Notes: generated from the letters alone by a model not told the origin. A stretch of DNA of 46,475 nucleotides from Elainellaceae cyanobacterium (GCA_051117555.1 JBNPEG010000052.1:1-46475); one strand, 5' to 3'. Counted from the first letter of the stretch, positions 29,613 to 41,570 are shown. A program made the numbers and translations.

Positions 29613-30749
29613 ATGTTCAACCAGCTAGGACAGTCATCGATGCTGCGCAGATTTCCTAAGTGGGTAGTCAAGCTTGAGAATGTCGCAATTGCCTCGCTAA
29701 TCATTGGCTTGGCAAGTTGCACTCAAACTCCTGCTCCTCAGCAAACCGACGGACGCGAAGATTCGTCTCAAACAGAGGCATCCCAACGTCCTCAGATTGT
29801 GGCTACATCAACAGTAATTTGCGATTTGACTCAGCAGATCGCGCAAGACACGATTGATTTGACGTGTCTCATGCAACCCGGTCAAGACCCGCATATCTAT
29901 GAGCCAACGCCGTCTGATCGCAGAGCGATTGAAGATGCAGACCTTGTGTTATATGGCGGCTACGGATTTGAGCCCGATTTGATTCAAATCATTAACGCCA
30001 CCCAAACCTCAGTTCCCAAAGTGGCAGTCCATGAGGAGGCAGTTCCTGAGCCAATTATGGGCGACGCACATGACCACGATCATGATGATCATGAGGAAGG
30101 TGTCGTAGAGCCTAATCATGACCATGAGCATGAAGAAACCACTGATCATAATCACTCTGATGATCACGACCATGACACCGTAAACTCAGTTGCCGATCCT
30201 CATATTTGGCACGACGCTCAAAACGGAGTTCGCATGGTAGATGTTATTCAGGTTGAACTGGCGCAAATTATGCCTGACCAAGCCGATATCTATGCTCAAA
30301 ATGCAGACGTACTGTCGAATGACCTTAATCAGCTTGATAGCTGGATTAAAACGCAAGTGGCAACTGTTCCTGCCGACGCACGCAAGCTCGTGACAACCCA
30401 CGATTCATTCAAATATTTTGCTCAAGCCTACGACTTTGAGGTAGAAGGTGCCCTAAGTGGTCTGAGCACAGACGAGAAACCGTCAGCCTCGCGCATGACA
30501 GAGTTAGTCAGCCTGATCAAAGCTGCTAATGTCGAGGCTATTTTTCCTGAAAGTACGGCAAATTCTCAATTAATTGAGGCACTGGCGAGGGATGCCAATG
30601 TGAGGGTCGCCGAACAGGCTCTTTATGTTGAAGGTCCTGGCGGAGATGAGTCTTCCGCACCAACCTATCAAATGATGCTCGTTAGTAATACATGCACCAT
30701 TGTGACGGCACTCGGAGGACAGTGCTCGCAATCAGATGCCCCCATTTAA
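29613..30749 (+). CDS. znuA: Zinc ABC transporter substrate-binding lipoprotein with His-rich loop
   Basis: Lipobox LASC, DPHIYEP, His/Asp-rich insert, DPHIWH, VTTHDSF.YF. Confidence 0.93.
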   Translation: MFNQLGQSSMLRRFPKWVVKLENVAIASLIIGLASCTQTPAPQQTDGREDSSQTEASQRPQIVATSTVICDLTQQIAQDTIDLTCLMQPGQDPHIYEPTPSDRRAIEDADLVLYGGYGFEPDLIQIINATQTSVPKVAVHEEAVPEPIMGDAHDHDHDDHEEGVVEPNHDHEHEETTDHNHSDDHDHDTVNSVADPHIWHDAQNGVRMVDVIQVELAQIMPDQADIYAQNADVLSNDLNQLDSWIKTQVATVPADARKLVTTHDSFKYFAQAYDFEVEGALSGLSTDEKPSASRMTELVSLIKAANVEAIFPESTANSQLIEALARDANVRVAEQALYVEGPGGDESSAPTYQMMLVSNTCTIVTALGGQCSQSDAPI

Positions 30750-30846
30750 GGAATCAACGAATCGAGATCACAATTAGACTAGTTGACTGGCGATCGCTCT
30801 AAGATAAGCATAGCTGTCGATACTGCATGAAAGAGAGGGGTATCAT

Positions 30847-32217
30847 TTGAGTGAGCGATCGTCAATTATTGAAGAGCATGCTTGGGACGCACTTGAACAA
30901 TCGATCATCTATTATCAAGGACGACCTGTAGGCACTATTGCTGCTCGCGACCCTGATATCGTCGCCTTAAACTATGACCAGTGCTTTGTTCGAGACTTCA
31001 TTTCATCAGGATTTTTATTTCTGATCACCAATCGATCGGATATCGTTCGTCAGTTTTTAGAAGCCACGCTAAAGCTACAACCTAAAACTACTCAGCTAGA
31101 TTCCTCGAAACCGAGTCGCGGCTTGATGCCTGCAAGCTTCAAAATTCAATCTGTTAATGGGCAAGAGGTTCTCAAAGCCGACTTTGGCGATCAGGCAATT
31201 GGCCGTGTTGCGCCAGCAGATTCAGGGTTATGGTGGATTATTCTCCTGCGGGCGTATGTCATATCAACTCAAGAAACAACGTTTGTCCATCGAGAGGATG
31301 TGCAGGAAGGCATTCGCCTGATTCTAGAACTTTGCCTAGTGACGCGCTTTGATATGTATCCAATGGTGCTAGTTCCAGACGGAGCCAGCATGATTGATCG
31401 ACGAATGGGGTTATATGGGCATCCCATTGATATCCAAGCGCTATTCTATATGGCATTAAAAGCAAGCCTCGAACTGTTGATTCCAAATCAAACCAATCAA
31501 CGAATGATTCAAGCGGTGCACTGCCGCCTCGCCCCGTTGCTCAAACAGCTTCGGGAAAATTACTGGCTAGACCCCGATCGCCTCAATGTCATTTACCGCT
31601 TTCAGGTCGAAGAATATGGAGAGGAAGTACTCAATCAATTCAATATCTATTCTGATTCCATTCCCTTCTATCACCTTGTAAAATGGCTGCCTGAAGCTGG
31701 GGGATATTTGGCAGGGAATCTGGGGCCGTCTCAGCTTGACTGTCGTTTCTTCTCACTAGGCAATTTGATGGCAGTGATCTCGTCTCTGGTGGATGAGCAG
31801 CAGTCCCACCAAATTTTGAACGTGATTGAACTACGCTGGAGTGATTTGATTGGTCATATGCCGATGAAGCTTTGCTATCCAGCGTTAGAAGACACTGAAT
31901 GGAGAATTGTCACCGGCGCTGATCCCAAAAACCGCCCCTGGTCATATCACAATGGTGGAAACTGGCCCGTTCTCTTGTGGATGCTGACCGCAGCCGCTCG
32001 AAAAATGGAACGAGCAGAACTAGCCCATCATGCGATCGCCATAGCTGAGAGGCGGCTCGTCGACGATCAATGGGCAGAATATTACGATGGTCCAGAGGGG
32101 CGTCTGATTGGGAAAGAAGCCCGACGCTATCAGACCTGGACGATTGCTGGATACTTGCTAGCAAAAGAACTACTGGCAAATCCAGATCACTTGAAGCTGA
32201 TGACGTTTGATTTCTGA
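30847..32217 (+). CDS. Alkaline/neutral invertase (GH100)
   Basis: LNYDQCFVRDF, GLMPASFK, DSGLWWIILLRAY, MIDRRMG, WSYHNGG.WP, QTWTIAGYL. Confidence 0.96.
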   Translation: MSERSSIIEEHAWDALEQSIIYYQGRPVGTIAARDPDIVALNYDQCFVRDFISSGFLFLITNRSDIVRQFLEATLKLQPKTTQLDSSKPSRGLMPASFKIQSVNGQEVLKADFGDQAIGRVAPADSGLWWIILLRAYVISTQETTFVHREDVQEGIRLILELCLVTRFDMYPMVLVPDGASMIDRRMGLYGHPIDIQALFYMALKASLELLIPNQTNQRMIQAVHCRLAPLLKQLRENYWLDPDRLNVIYRFQVEEYGEEVLNQFNIYSDSIPFYHLVKWLPEAGGYLAGNLGPSQLDCRFFSLGNLMAVISSLVDEQQSHQILNVIELRWSDLIGHMPMKLCYPALEDTEWRIVTGADPKNRPWSYHNGGNWPVLLWMLTAAARKMERAELAHHAIAIAERRLVDDQWAEYYDGPEGRLIGKEARRYQTWTIAGYLLAKELLANPDHLKLMTFDF

Positions 32218-32278
32218 TAAGAATCCAGCGATATAGAGAAACCAATCTACCGCAACAATGAATATTGAGCTGTATAGC

Positions 32279-32989
32279 CTACAAGCCAATCACAGAGGGA
32301 AGCGATCGATTAAACGAATAAGGGAGACACGTTTGATCGATTTCTTCCCAGGGTCCTGACGAGGATGAGCCTACATACCAGATAGGAGGTAGAACATATG
32401 CTTGCTGATAATGCTCTAAATAAAAACAGTCTGATGACGTGTGGAGATAGTTCCGTCCGTTTCCCGTTTTTGGCAATGCAGCAGACTCCAAATATGCCTG
32501 TTCATCAGCCATGCGTGCCATCTGTGATTTAGATTCGGCGGTACCACTGCCATATCGCGTCATTAACGTTTGCTCGCTGAATGGAATACCTTTTTTAACA
32601 AACGTGGCAAAATGTTCGCAATTGTTTTGAAATGAAGAATACTTTACCCGACCTTGATCAAGAGCATATAGTGCCCGCTGAACCACTACATCGGGATTAA
32701 ACGATGCCGTATTTACATAGTTCTCAAGCTCAGAAAAATAGGGCGAATGGTTCTTGAACAACGGATGGTTATGAATATTGTACAACGCTTGATAGTGTGC
32801 TTCTGCATCTTCAACCAAACCACCCTTTGAGAAAGCAGCAATAGTTGTCCTGACGACAGCATAGTGATAAGTCGCCTCACACTTAGCATAGTGAACAACC
32901 GTTCCATCGCCTAAATCAATTCCATGATGGATGACTGGCGCCCCGATAAAGCTAGGGTTTTTTGTATAAATGTGATCGCCTCGCACCAT
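32279..32989 (-). CDS. LRAT/NC-domain (permuted NlpC/P60) protein
   Basis: RGDHIY, HHGIDLGDGTVVHY, YSSFQNNCEHFATF. Probable ATG start at 32989. Confidence 0.88.
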   Translation of the reverse strand: MVRGDHIYTKNPSFIGAPVIHHGIDLGDGTVVHYAKCEATYHYAVVRTTIAAFSKGGLVEDAEAHYQALYNIHNHPLFKNHSPYFSELENYVNTASFNPDVVVQRALYALDQGRVKYSSFQNNCEHFATFVKKGIPFSEQTLMTRYGSGTAESKSQMARMADEQAYLESAALPKTGNGRNYLHTSSDCFYLEHYQQAYVLPPIWYVGSSSSGPWEEIDQTCLPYSFNRSLPSVIGL

Positions 32990-33283
32990 AATTCCGAATC
33001 CTTTAAGGGGGATAACACGTTGAGGTAGGGAATAAGAAATAAATTCATTAATTCCTGATAGCACCGCGAGCTTACGTTAAGTACGGCGGTGTGAGCGGAC
33101 TAGATGCAGGTACGGTTCATCGACAGGTATTTTCATATCTTGCCTAAAAGAATCCCCCGTGTGGGGATTACACAATTAGGCTTACGATATCTTGCAGAAT
33201 TAGTAAATTGAAACTTATACAGGTTAGCTATTTTGGGATTTCATACCTAACATTGGTTAGTAACGTGCTAAAAACTGTCTCGT

Positions 33284-36200
33284 ATGAATGAACTGCTACC
33301 GTCTGTTCCGCATTGGAATCTAGAACAATTGTTTGCTGATCTGGGCACGGCTAAATCAAAACTGAAGCCGAGAAGTAAGGGATTATCAGGATTTGAGCAA
33401 GATTGTTTGATATTACTGCTCAATGGTCAGGGACCAGACGACATTGCCCGACGCTTAAATCGAAAGCTGGGTGGCATTAAGGTTGATTTATCTAAGGGAA
33501 TTTATAGTTATGTTGAGCTACTAACAGATAAACGACCTAAAAATTGGAGAGAGATTCAATCTCTGCTAGAGCAGGCTGGATATAAAAACGCTCAGGACAT
33601 CTCGACATTTTATCCAGGTGCTCAAGAGTTTGAAACTCAAGTCGATTTGGTTGAAGCGGTTGATGTTCCCGTGTTTTATGGGCGCACCGAGACGATTCGG
33701 TATGTGAAGCAGCAGATTCTTGACCAGCAATGTCGCGTTATCTACATCCAAGGACTTGGTGGAGTTGGAAAGACTGCCTTGACGGTCAAGCTGGTTGAAC
33801 AGATTCGAGGCCAGTTTAGTCATGTCATCTGGCGATCGCTGCGAAATGCTCCGCCTGCTGAGAAAACAGTGTCGAGCATCGTTCGCTTTTTGGCTAACAA
33901 AGAGGCTGACCCCACTCCTTCGACCCTATTAGATTGTCTCGCGCGATCGCGGTGTTTGCTCGTTTTAGATAATTTTGAATCTGTTCTCAAAAGCAGCACA
34001 GGGAGTGCCTACGGATATACAGGAGACTATAACGAAGGCTTTGAAGCCTACGGCACGTTGATCAAACAGATTGGAGAAATTCGACACCCGAGTTGCCTGA
34101 TTATCACAGGGCGAGAAAAGCCCAAAGAAATTGCCGTCTTAGAAGCAGAGAAGCACCCTATTTATTCATTCCAACTCGGAGGATTAGACGCATCAGAGGC
34201 TCAACACATTCTCACCGAAGCAGGTACACTGTCGGGTTCACAAGGAGATCAGGCTCTGGTCATCAATCACTATGCGGGTAATCCGCTGGCGCTTAAGATT
34301 ACATCTCGTTTAATTCACGAGTTCTTGGGTGGAAATCTCTCCGAATTCACTCGAACTTACTTAAGCCAGGGGCGAACTCCCTTCAGTGATGTCAATGATA
34401 TTCTTGCCCAGCAATTTGCTCGACTCTCTCGGGTTGAACAAGAGATTATGTATTGGCTAGCCATTAATCGTCAGCCCGTCTCCTTGGTTGAATTACATGC
34501 TGACTTAGCCTCATCTGAATCCCAGCTCAGAGCATCAGACGCGTTGATTTCATTGACTCGACGGTCATTCATCGAGCGAACGGCAGAAGGCTTTACGCAA
34601 CAACCTGTTGTAATGGAATTTATTGTCGATGATTTGATTGAAAAAATATCCCGAGAGATTTTAGGAGAAACTCCTAATCTTCTGCATAAACATGCTCTGA
34701 TCAAAGCTCAAGCAGATGACTATATCCGAGAAGCTCAAACTCGCTTAATTCTGATTCCTATTCTAGATAGACTCAGCCATCATCTTATTCATAAACGTCT
34801 TATTCAAGATACGCTTGATGAACTACTCATTAATATCAAAACCACATCATCGTTAATTAATAGCTATGCAGGCGGAAATATTATTAATTTGCTGTGTGGC
34901 CTAAACTGTGATTTGGATGACTATGATTTTTCTAATCTAGATATCCGACAAGCTTATTTACAAGATACCAACCTATACCGGATCAATTTCTCTAATTCAA
35001 ACCTTTCTAAGTCAGTTTTCACCAAAACATTTGCAAGCGTAGCGTCTGTTGCCTTTAGTCCTCGCGGAGATTTGCTTGCAACTGGGAATGCCAACTACGA
35101 GATTCATCTTTGGCATGCTCGGAGCGGTCGTCAACTGGCAACGTGTAAAGGGCACACGAATCGGATTTGGTCGGTTGCCTTTCATCCGCAGGCAGATCTA
35201 TTGGCCAGCGGCAGTAGCGATTGTACCGTTCGCCTCTGGGACTTCAGCGGTCAATGTCTCGCAACCTTGCAAGGGCATACTGGCCGAATTTGGGATATTG
35301 CCTTCAGCGTAGATGGTCAATGGCTGCTGAGTGCTAGTAGTGATACGACTATTCAAGTCTGGAATCTGAACACAAACCAAGTCTCGATGACGCTGGATGG
35401 ACATTCAGCGGGGGTTCGGACAGTGGCCATCAGTGCCGACGGGAAGCGGATTGCTAGCGGAGGGGATGATCAGTGCATGCGCCTCTGGGACGCTCAAACG
35501 AGCGAATGTTTGCAAGTAAACGCCCAGTCTGGAGTAGTTCGTGATCTCGCGTTTGCGCCCCCCAGTTTACCTCATCAATATTTGGCACGTGCTAGTGAAA
35601 ATGGCACGACTCAGCTTTGGGATACTCAAACAGGGCAACCTATTCGGCAGTTTTCGACTCAACCTGATCAGGTGTGGACGCTCGCATTCAGCCCTGATGG
35701 GCGGGCGATCGCCACGGCAGGTCAGCAAGGAGCCATCACATTTTGGGATGTCCAAACTGGAGCCATCATCAAGATCTTGCACGCAACCAACGGCATTGGG
35801 ATTACATCCATTGACATCAATCCTGACGGGCAAACTATTGCTGCAAGCAGCATCGATCGAACCATTCGGCTTTGGCATATTACAAGTGGCGAGCCTTTAA
35901 AGACATTGCGCGGCTACTCCAACTGGGTATTGTCGCTAGCGTTTAGTCCTGACGGCGAGATTCTTGCGACGGGTAGCAATGACCAAACGATTATGTTGTG
36001 GAGTCTCGATACCAAGCGTGTGATTAGAGTCATCAACTCGTTGAGCACGCCCGCTCAGTGGTTAGCGTTTAGCCCAACCCAACAACTACTGGCTAGCGGT
36101 CATCCCGACGGTTCAGTAAATATTTGGTATGTCGAAAGTGGACGACTCTTCACAAGACTCCACCAGCATCAAGGGCATGTCTGGTCGGTATGCTTTGATT

Positions 36201-36913
36201 CCCCCGGGATACTGCTTGCTAGCGGAAGTTGGGATCAGACGGTGAGACTTTGGGATGTTAGAACGGGCAACTGTTTAAAGATTCTAGAGGCTCATACGAG
36301 CCAAGTTTGGGGAATTTGCTTTTCACCCGATAGCAGTCTATTAGCAAGCGGATGCGATGACGGAACCATCTGGCTGTGGGATATTGAATCGGGAGAGTGC
36401 CTAAGACATTGGCAAGCCCACTCGGGCCAAGTTTGGCTCATGCGGTTTAACACGGATGGCAAGATCCTAACGAGCGGTGGGCGCGATGGCAGCATCCAAC
36501 GATGGGAGGTCAATACCGGCAAATGCGTTGGAGCAATCCAACCGGTGAGTGAATTGTGGGCTTTAGACCTCAATTCCCGAGGTCAGACGGTAGCAGGGCA
36601 TCATCACTATGAGATTCAGATTTGGGATATTGAAACCGGTGAGCAACAGTGTAGTCTAGCTGGGCATACCGATGAACTTTGGATGATGTGTTCGAGTCCA
36701 GATGGACGATTACTGGCGAGTAGCAGCAAAGATGAAACAGTCAAACTATGGGATATAGAAGCCGGTCGGTGTATTAAAACCTTGCAGATTACCAAACCCT
36801 ATGACGGGATGAATATTACAGGGGCGACAGGGCTGACGGACGCACAGCGATCAACTTTGATTGCGCTAGGGGCGATCGATGAGGACACGGTCATAGTCGG
36901 GGGGGGTCGGTGA
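33284..36913 (+). CDS. STAND (NB-ARC) ATPase with N-terminal HTH-like domain and C-terminal WD40 repeats
   Basis: Walker A GLGGVGKT, Walker [15 protein letters not shown], numerous GH...WD repeats, terminal [22 protein letters not shown]. Confidence 0.95.
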   Translation: MNELLPSVPHWNLEQLFADLGTAKSKLKPRSKGLSGFEQDCLILLLNGQGPDDIARRLNRKLGGIKVDLSKGIYSYVELLTDKRPKNWREIQSLLEQAGYKNAQDISTFYPGAQEFETQVDLVEAVDVPVFYGRTETIRYVKQQILDQQCRVIYIQGLGGVGKTALTVKLVEQIRGQFSHVIWRSLRNAPPAEKTVSSIVRFLANKEADPTPSTLLDCLARSRCLLVLDNFESVLKSSTGSAYGYTGDYNEGFEAYGTLIKQIGEIRHPSCLIITGREKPKEIAVLEAEKHPIYSFQLGGLDASEAQHILTEAGTLSGSQGDQALVINHYAGNPLALKITSRLIHEFLGGNLSEFTRTYLSQGRTPFSDVNDILAQQFARLSRVEQEIMYWLAINRQPVSLVELHADLASSESQLRASDALISLTRRSFIERTAEGFTQQPVVMEFIVDDLIEKISREILGETPNLLHKHALIKAQADDYIREAQTRLILIPILDRLSHHLIHKRLIQDTLDELLINIKTTSSLINSYAGGNIINLLCGLNCDLDDYDFSNLDIRQAYLQDTNLYRINFSNSNLSKSVFTKTFASVASVAFSPRGDLLATGNANYEIHLWHARSGRQLATCKGHTNRIWSVAFHPQADLLASGSSDCTVRLWDFSGQCLATLQGHTGRIWDIAFSVDGQWLLSASSDTTIQVWNLNTNQVSMTLDGHSAGVRTVAISADGKRIASGGDDQCMRLWDAQTSECLQVNAQSGVVRDLAFAPPSLPHQYLARASENGTTQLWDTQTGQPIRQFSTQPDQVWTLAFSPDGRAIATAGQQGAITFWDVQTGAIIKILHATNGIGITSIDINPDGQTIAASSIDRTIRLWHITSGEPLKTLRGYSNWVLSLAFSPDGEILATGSNDQTIMLWSLDTKRVIRVINSLSTPAQWLAFSPTQQLLASGHPDGSVNIWYVESGRLFTRLHQHQGHVWSVCFDSPGILLASGSWDQTVRLWDVRTGNCLKILEAHTSQVWGICFSPDSSLLASGCDDGTIWLWDIESGECLRHWQAHSGQVWLMRFNTDGKILTSGGRDGSIQRWEVNTGKCVGAIQPVSELWALDLNSRGQTVAGHHHYEIQIWDIETGEQQCSLAGHTDELWMMCSSPDGRLLASSSKDETVKLWDIEAGRCIKTLQITKPYDGMNITGATGLTDAQRSTLIALGAIDEDTVIVGGGR

Positions 36914-37200
36914 TGAGTGTAGCAAAACTGTGCGGGTCGACCGCTCCCTTCAACCAGGTGAAGAAATTATCCGACAGGAGATGGATTCAGCCAATGCCGC
37001 AGCGTCAGTTCGTTTCCTCTCCCTGGTCTTACTCCGCAAACGGCTTGGCCTTTCTTTGCCAGCAGCGCTATCTTATGGGCGATCGCATCACCCTAGCCAG
37101 TGGGTGCATGTTTACCACGCTACTCGTCTCCATACTACAATTGCCACAGTGTGATACATGCTGAGTCAGTCGCGTCCTGCTCAGATTAGAAGGTCATATA

Positions 37201-37229
37201 GTGAATAAAACTGTGAATAAAACTGTGAA
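37201..37229. repeat. Short tandem repeat (GTGAATAAAACT x2 plus partial)
   Basis: Read directly from the sequence. Confidence 0.7.
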
Positions 37230-37309
37230 ACTATCTGAGACACCTATCTACTTATCCGACTCATCAGGATTTTCCATCAGACCATTTTGACCACCGCTAG
37301 CCTTCTATC

Positions 37310-38542
37310 ATGACATTCACATCCATGACTACTGCGCCTCTAAGCTGGACTCAACTAGAAGCCTTCGATGACTTTCAAGTCGATACTGTCAATGGTGCAA
37401 CCAATGCCCAAGCCCAGTTGCGACTGTTTGGGCAAACCGAATCTGATGTGCGGGTGACGCTATATCGCGACAATCATGCCTGGTGCCCCTACTGCCAGAA
37501 AATCTGGCTGTGGCTGGAAGAAAAGCAGATTCCCTACCGCATTGAAAAAGTAACGATGTTCTGCTATGGCACCAAAGAGCGTTGGTACAAGCGCAAGGTG
37601 CCTTCGGGGATGCTGCCAGCCGTCGAGATAGACGGTCGTCTTATCACTGAAAGCGACGACATTTTGATCGCGTTAGAGCGGGTCTTTGGCTCCTTGGGTT
37701 CAGGGATGACAGACTCTATTGTGATTCCGCTCAGGCGGCTAGAACGACTGCTGTTTAGAGCTTGGTGCTCTTGGCTATGCTATCCATCTCCATCTCCTCA
37801 GGAAGATCGGCGCAATCAAGCCCAATTCATAGAAGCCATGTCGATGGTTGAGGATGCGTTAGGGCGCACCTCCGGTTCCTATTTCTTAGAAAAATTTGGC
37901 ACGGTTGATGTCATCTTTACGCCCTATGTCGAACGCATGAATGCCAGCCTCTATTATTACAAGGGCTATTCTCTACGAGGCGAAAACCCTCGCATGTCTG
38001 CCTGGTTCGACGCGATGGAAAGCCGATTGACCTATCGCGGCACCCAGAGCGACTTTCACACTCACGCCCATGACTTGCCACCTCAGATGGGAGGCTGCTA
38101 TGCAAACGACAATCCTCAAACGCGACTCAATCAAATCCGAGTCGATCAGGGGCCTTGGTTTGGATTGCCTGATGCTATGTATCCAGAACCTGAAACGTCT
38201 CGCGTGGAAGCGCTCCATCGGGTGCTTAAGCACCGCACTAATATTCTCAAGATCAACCCTGCTGATAACCAACTATTTGATGAAGCGTTGCGCTGTGCGC
38301 TCACTCACCTGATCACAGGGAAAGCTTGCATGCCGCCGCCCGAGTCTGATAGCGCCCTGCGATATTTGCGCGATCGCATCAGTGTGCCCCGTGATATGTC
38401 AATCTATGCGGCTAAGCGACTCAAAGAATCTCTAGAAACCACGGCTGCTCTGGTGGGCGATCGCCAAGGCATTCCCATTCCTGTGAACCATCGGCGTGAT
38501 CAAGATCCGGCTAACTTTGCCGAGGCGAATGCCATAGCCTAG
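37310..38542 (+). CDS. Glutathione S-transferase family protein (CPYC type)
   Basis: [29 protein letters not shown]. Confidence 0.92.
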   Translation: MTFTSMTTAPLSWTQLEAFDDFQVDTVNGATNAQAQLRLFGQTESDVRVTLYRDNHAWCPYCQKIWLWLEEKQIPYRIEKVTMFCYGTKERWYKRKVPSGMLPAVEIDGRLITESDDILIALERVFGSLGSGMTDSIVIPLRRLERLLFRAWCSWLCYPSPSPQEDRRNQAQFIEAMSMVEDALGRTSGSYFLEKFGTVDVIFTPYVERMNASLYYYKGYSLRGENPRMSAWFDAMESRLTYRGTQSDFHTHAHDLPPQMGGCYANDNPQTRLNQIRVDQGPWFGLPDAMYPEPETSRVEALHRVLKHRTNILKINPADNQLFDEALRCALTHLITGKACMPPPESDSALRYLRDRISVPRDMSIYAAKRLKESLETTAALVGDRQGIPIPVNHRRDQDPANFAEANAIA

Positions 38543-38564
38543 ATCTACAAAGCATATGAGGTAA

Positions 38565-38861
38565 ATGATGCGACTCAGCGATCGCGTGTGCGTGATTACA
38601 GGCGCAGCCAACGGCATCGGGCAAGCCTGCGCCAAGCGGTATGCGCAGGAAGGCGGTAAGGTAGTCGTTGCCGATATCGATCAGGATGGGGGAAACCGTG
38701 TGGTCTATGAGATTCGACACGCGGGAGGGACTGCCGTTTTCCAACCTACAGATGTCTCTGATGCCTTGCAATTAGAGGCTCTATTAGAGCGATCGCTCTC
38801 TGAGTTCAACGGGTTTTATCGATGGAGGATATCTAGCGATCTAGCAAGGTGGGGAGGATAG
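38565..38861 (+). pseudogene. Truncated SDR oxidoreductase (N-terminal Rossmann part only)
   Basis: [10 protein letters not shown]...VVVADID...TDVS present; no NNAG or YxxxK; similarity stops near 38813. Confidence 0.8.
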
Positions 38862-38979
38862 CTCAGAAAACATGGCGATCTCACCCAACAGATTGGCAAA
38901 ATAGAAGTCAGACCATTGCGTATCAGCATTGGATATAGCATAGGATCTAATTCCAGTCGTTGATTATAGTGATCACTCT

Positions 38980-39429
38980 ATGCAAACCCGAACCCTTCTC
39001 ACTATCGGATTCAATCTCGTCGCGATCGCGATGTTGGCGATCGCCACTGGATGCTCTAGCAATCAAGCCTCATCATCTAGCGCGAGTCCGGTTAGTTCTT
39101 CACCTCAAGAGGTGACGCCTGAGCGTGCCCTTGCTAATCATCTCAGCGAGAATGATGCAAAAATGTATGGCGCTTTCTGGTGTCCTCACTGTGCCGATCA
39201 GAAAGCTATGTTTGGCGATGCAGTGCAAGCCCTTAACTATGTCGAGTGCGACCCGGAAGGCGAAAATCCTCAGCCTGAGCTTTGCCAGGAAGTTGGCATT
39301 GAAGGCTATCCGACCTGGGAAATTGATGGGCAACTCTATCCGGGAGTGCGTTCTTTAGAAGAACTGGCAGATCTCTCCAATTACGATGGACCTGCTGACT
39401 TTACAGGAGAGCAGACACCATCTGAATAA
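38980..39429 (+). CDS. Thioredoxin-like lipoprotein (resembles the redoxin domain of cyanobacterial VKOR)
   Basis: Lipobox ATGC, KMYGAFWCPHCADQK, YVECD, C...GIEGYPTWEI. Confidence 0.88.
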   Translation: MQTRTLLTIGFNLVAIAMLAIATGCSSNQASSSSASPVSSSPQEVTPERALANHLSENDAKMYGAFWCPHCADQKAMFGDAVQALNYVECDPEGENPQPELCQEVGIEGYPTWEIDGQLYPGVRSLEELADLSNYDGPADFTGEQTPSE

Positions 39430-39497
39430 TTCGAGTCATCAATGAGTTATTGAGTAGACGCAGATTAATCGTCTCAATTCCCCATCCCGCTGAACCC

Positions 39498-40586
39498 TCA
39501 CGGACCCACAATATAGTCGGATGAGACAGGCTCTGCATTGCCAGCAGACACAAGCGCCTGATGAATCATCGCGGCAGCTTCAGCGCGTGTGGTCGGCTCA
39601 TTCGGATTCAACATTTGCGGATCGGGATGGTTCACGACTAAGCCCGATTCCGTTGCGGCTGCAATTTTTGGCGCGGCCCAATCTGGAATTTGGCTGCGAT
39701 CGCCATAGACACTCAACACCTCTTGATCAGCAGATGTTAAGCCTAACCCGGTTGCCAGCGACAATATCGCCTCTAACCGAGTAATAGATTGGTCTGGACG
39801 GAACGACTGATCTGGATACCCGCTCATAAACCCCATTTGGGTTGCCATGCGAATCGCATCCGATGCCCAGTAGTCTGCCGTAATGTCACTGAAGCTTTGG
39901 TCAGATTCTGTTGCGCTTCGATCAAACGCTTGTTGAATCTGAGAGGCAAACTGGGCACGAGTCACTGCGGCATCGGGCTGAAAGCCTCCCTCGGGGAGCC
40001 CTTGAATAACCTCTTTTTGCGCCAACGAGGTAATAAATGGACGTGCCCAATAGGTTTCGGGAACATCGGGAAAGCTTACCGTTGGAGGCGCTGTAGCCGT
40101 GGGAGATGGCGAGGGGGAGGTGGGTGTTGTGACAGGTTCCTCCGTATCTGCTGTCCCATTGGGGATGACGGTAGGCGTCGGTGATGGCTCAGAGATGCCC
40201 CCAGGGAGAGGCGTAGGCTGCACACGAGCTTGCCCATCTTCTTGGCGGAGCGAGGGAGTGCGAGCCTGATCCGGCTGCTGATCATCCCTCAGCCGAGGAG
40301 ACTCCCGTTCTGATACATTGGGGCGATCGCCCGTTCGCATTGATTCGGATGCCGCATCATCCTCTTCAGAATCACCAAACAGAGGAAACTCTGAGTCCGC
40401 GTCAGACGGTTGTGACGGCGTGTCAGAGAAGGGTGCGATCGCAGACAGATTAATGCCACCGCTGCGAGTCATTCCCCACCAGACGATGGTTCCAATTGTG
40501 AGAAATGCGACTAGAATAGCGATAATTTCGTCGAGGCCGAGATCTCTACGAGACGAGCCAGGATCTGGTGGTGTTTGATTGGTCAC
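39498..40586 (-). CDS. S-layer homology (SLH) domain protein with N-terminal membrane anchor
   Basis: Three SLH repeats (FPDVPETYWA...TRAQFA, FSDI..DYWA...TRLEA, TRAEAAAM) and a Pro/Thr-rich linker. Confidence 0.92.
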   Translation of the reverse strand: MTNQTPPDPGSSRRDLGLDEIIAILVAFLTIGTIVWWGMTRSGGINLSAIAPFSDTPSQPSDADSEFPLFGDSEEDDAASESMRTGDRPNVSERESPRLRDDQQPDQARTPSLRQEDGQARVQPTPLPGGISEPSPTPTVIPNGTADTEEPVTTPTSPSPSPTATAPPTVSFPDVPETYWARPFITSLAQKEVIQGLPEGGFQPDAAVTRAQFASQIQQAFDRSATESDQSFSDITADYWASDAIRMATQMGFMSGYPDQSFRPDQSITRLEAILSLATGLGLTSADQEVLSVYGDRSQIPDWAAPKIAAATESGLVVNHPDPQMLNPNEPTTRAEAAAMIHQALVSAGNAEPVSSDYIVGP

Positions 40587-40703
40587 GCGATCACCCCATC
40601 ACACATGAATGTTTTCATTATCCTACCGCTGCGTCTTAACACTTAGAGTCTCTCTTTAGATTCATTATTGAAACGATTCATTATTGACATCAAACTTGAC
40701 ATC

Positions 40704-41570
40704 ATGAATTTTTCGTCTTGGACTCACGATTACATCATTACTAATGGCATCCGGCTTCATTATGTAACCCAAGGAGAAGGCCAGTTGATGTTGATGCTGC
40801 ACGGGTTTCCAGAGTTTTGGTATTCCTGGCGTCATCAAATTCCAGAGTTTTCCAAAGAGTTTAAGGTGGTGGCTTTGGATTTACGGGGCTATAACGATAG
40901 CGACAAGCCTCGTGATCCAAACGCCTATGCGATGTCAGAACTGATTAAAGATGTCGAAGGCGTAATCAAGGGATTGGGATATGAACGCTGTGTTTTAGTA
41001 GGACATGACTGGGGTGGGGCGATCGCCTGGAATGTCGCCTACGCCTATCCCGACCTGATTGATAAACTCATCGTCATGAATCTGCCTCATCCCGCCAAAT
41101 TTTCACAAGGTCTGTTGACGCCCCAGCAGTTGTTGAAAAGCTGGTACATTTTCTTTTTTCAAATTCCCGTCTTACCCGAGTTAGTGTTGCAGTGGAATGA
41201 TTACGAGGCGATCGCCCAGGCGTTTACCGGAACAGCAATTGATAAACGCGCCTTTACCGATGCAGATATTGAGGCATATAAAGATGCGGCTGCAAAGCGA
41301 GGCGCACTGACGGCCATGCTCAACTATTATCGAAATATTTTTCAAACGGGGCTCATGCGATCCAATTGGGCAACGCTTCATATTCCTACTTTATTAATCT
41401 GGGGTGAAGATGATGTTGCCCTTGGCACCGAATTAACCTACGGGACAGGGGAACTTGTGGACGATTTAACGCTTCAATATATCCCGGAATGCAGTCATTG
41501 GGTACAGCAGGAGCAGCCCGATCGAGTCAATCACTATATGCGAGAGTTTTTGGCTGACACCAATGCCTAA
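40704..41570 (+). CDS. Alpha/beta hydrolase (epoxide hydrolase-like)
   Basis: LHGFPEFWYSWRHQ, GHDWGG, SHWVQQE. Confidence 0.93.
   Translation: MNFSSWTHDYIITNGIRLHYVTQGEGQLMLMLHGFPEFWYSWRHQIPEFSKEFKVVALDLRGYNDSDKPRDPNAYAMSELIKDVEGVIKGLGYERCVLVGHDWGGAIAWNVAYAYPDLIDKLIVMNLPHPAKFSQGLLTPQQLLKSWYIFFFQIPVLPELVLQWNDYEAIAQAFTGTAIDKRAFTDADIEAYKDAAAKRGALTAMLNYYRNIFQTGLMRSNWATLHIPTLLIWGEDDVALGTELTYGTGELVDDLTLQYIPECSHWVQQEQPDRVNHYMREFLADTNA

Noticed and set aside
36910..37164. 84-aa and 74-aa ORFs after the STAND gene as partner genes
   Set aside because: No motif or compositional support, so they cannot be called. The G8 run just upstream could only alter the last residues of the STAND protein.
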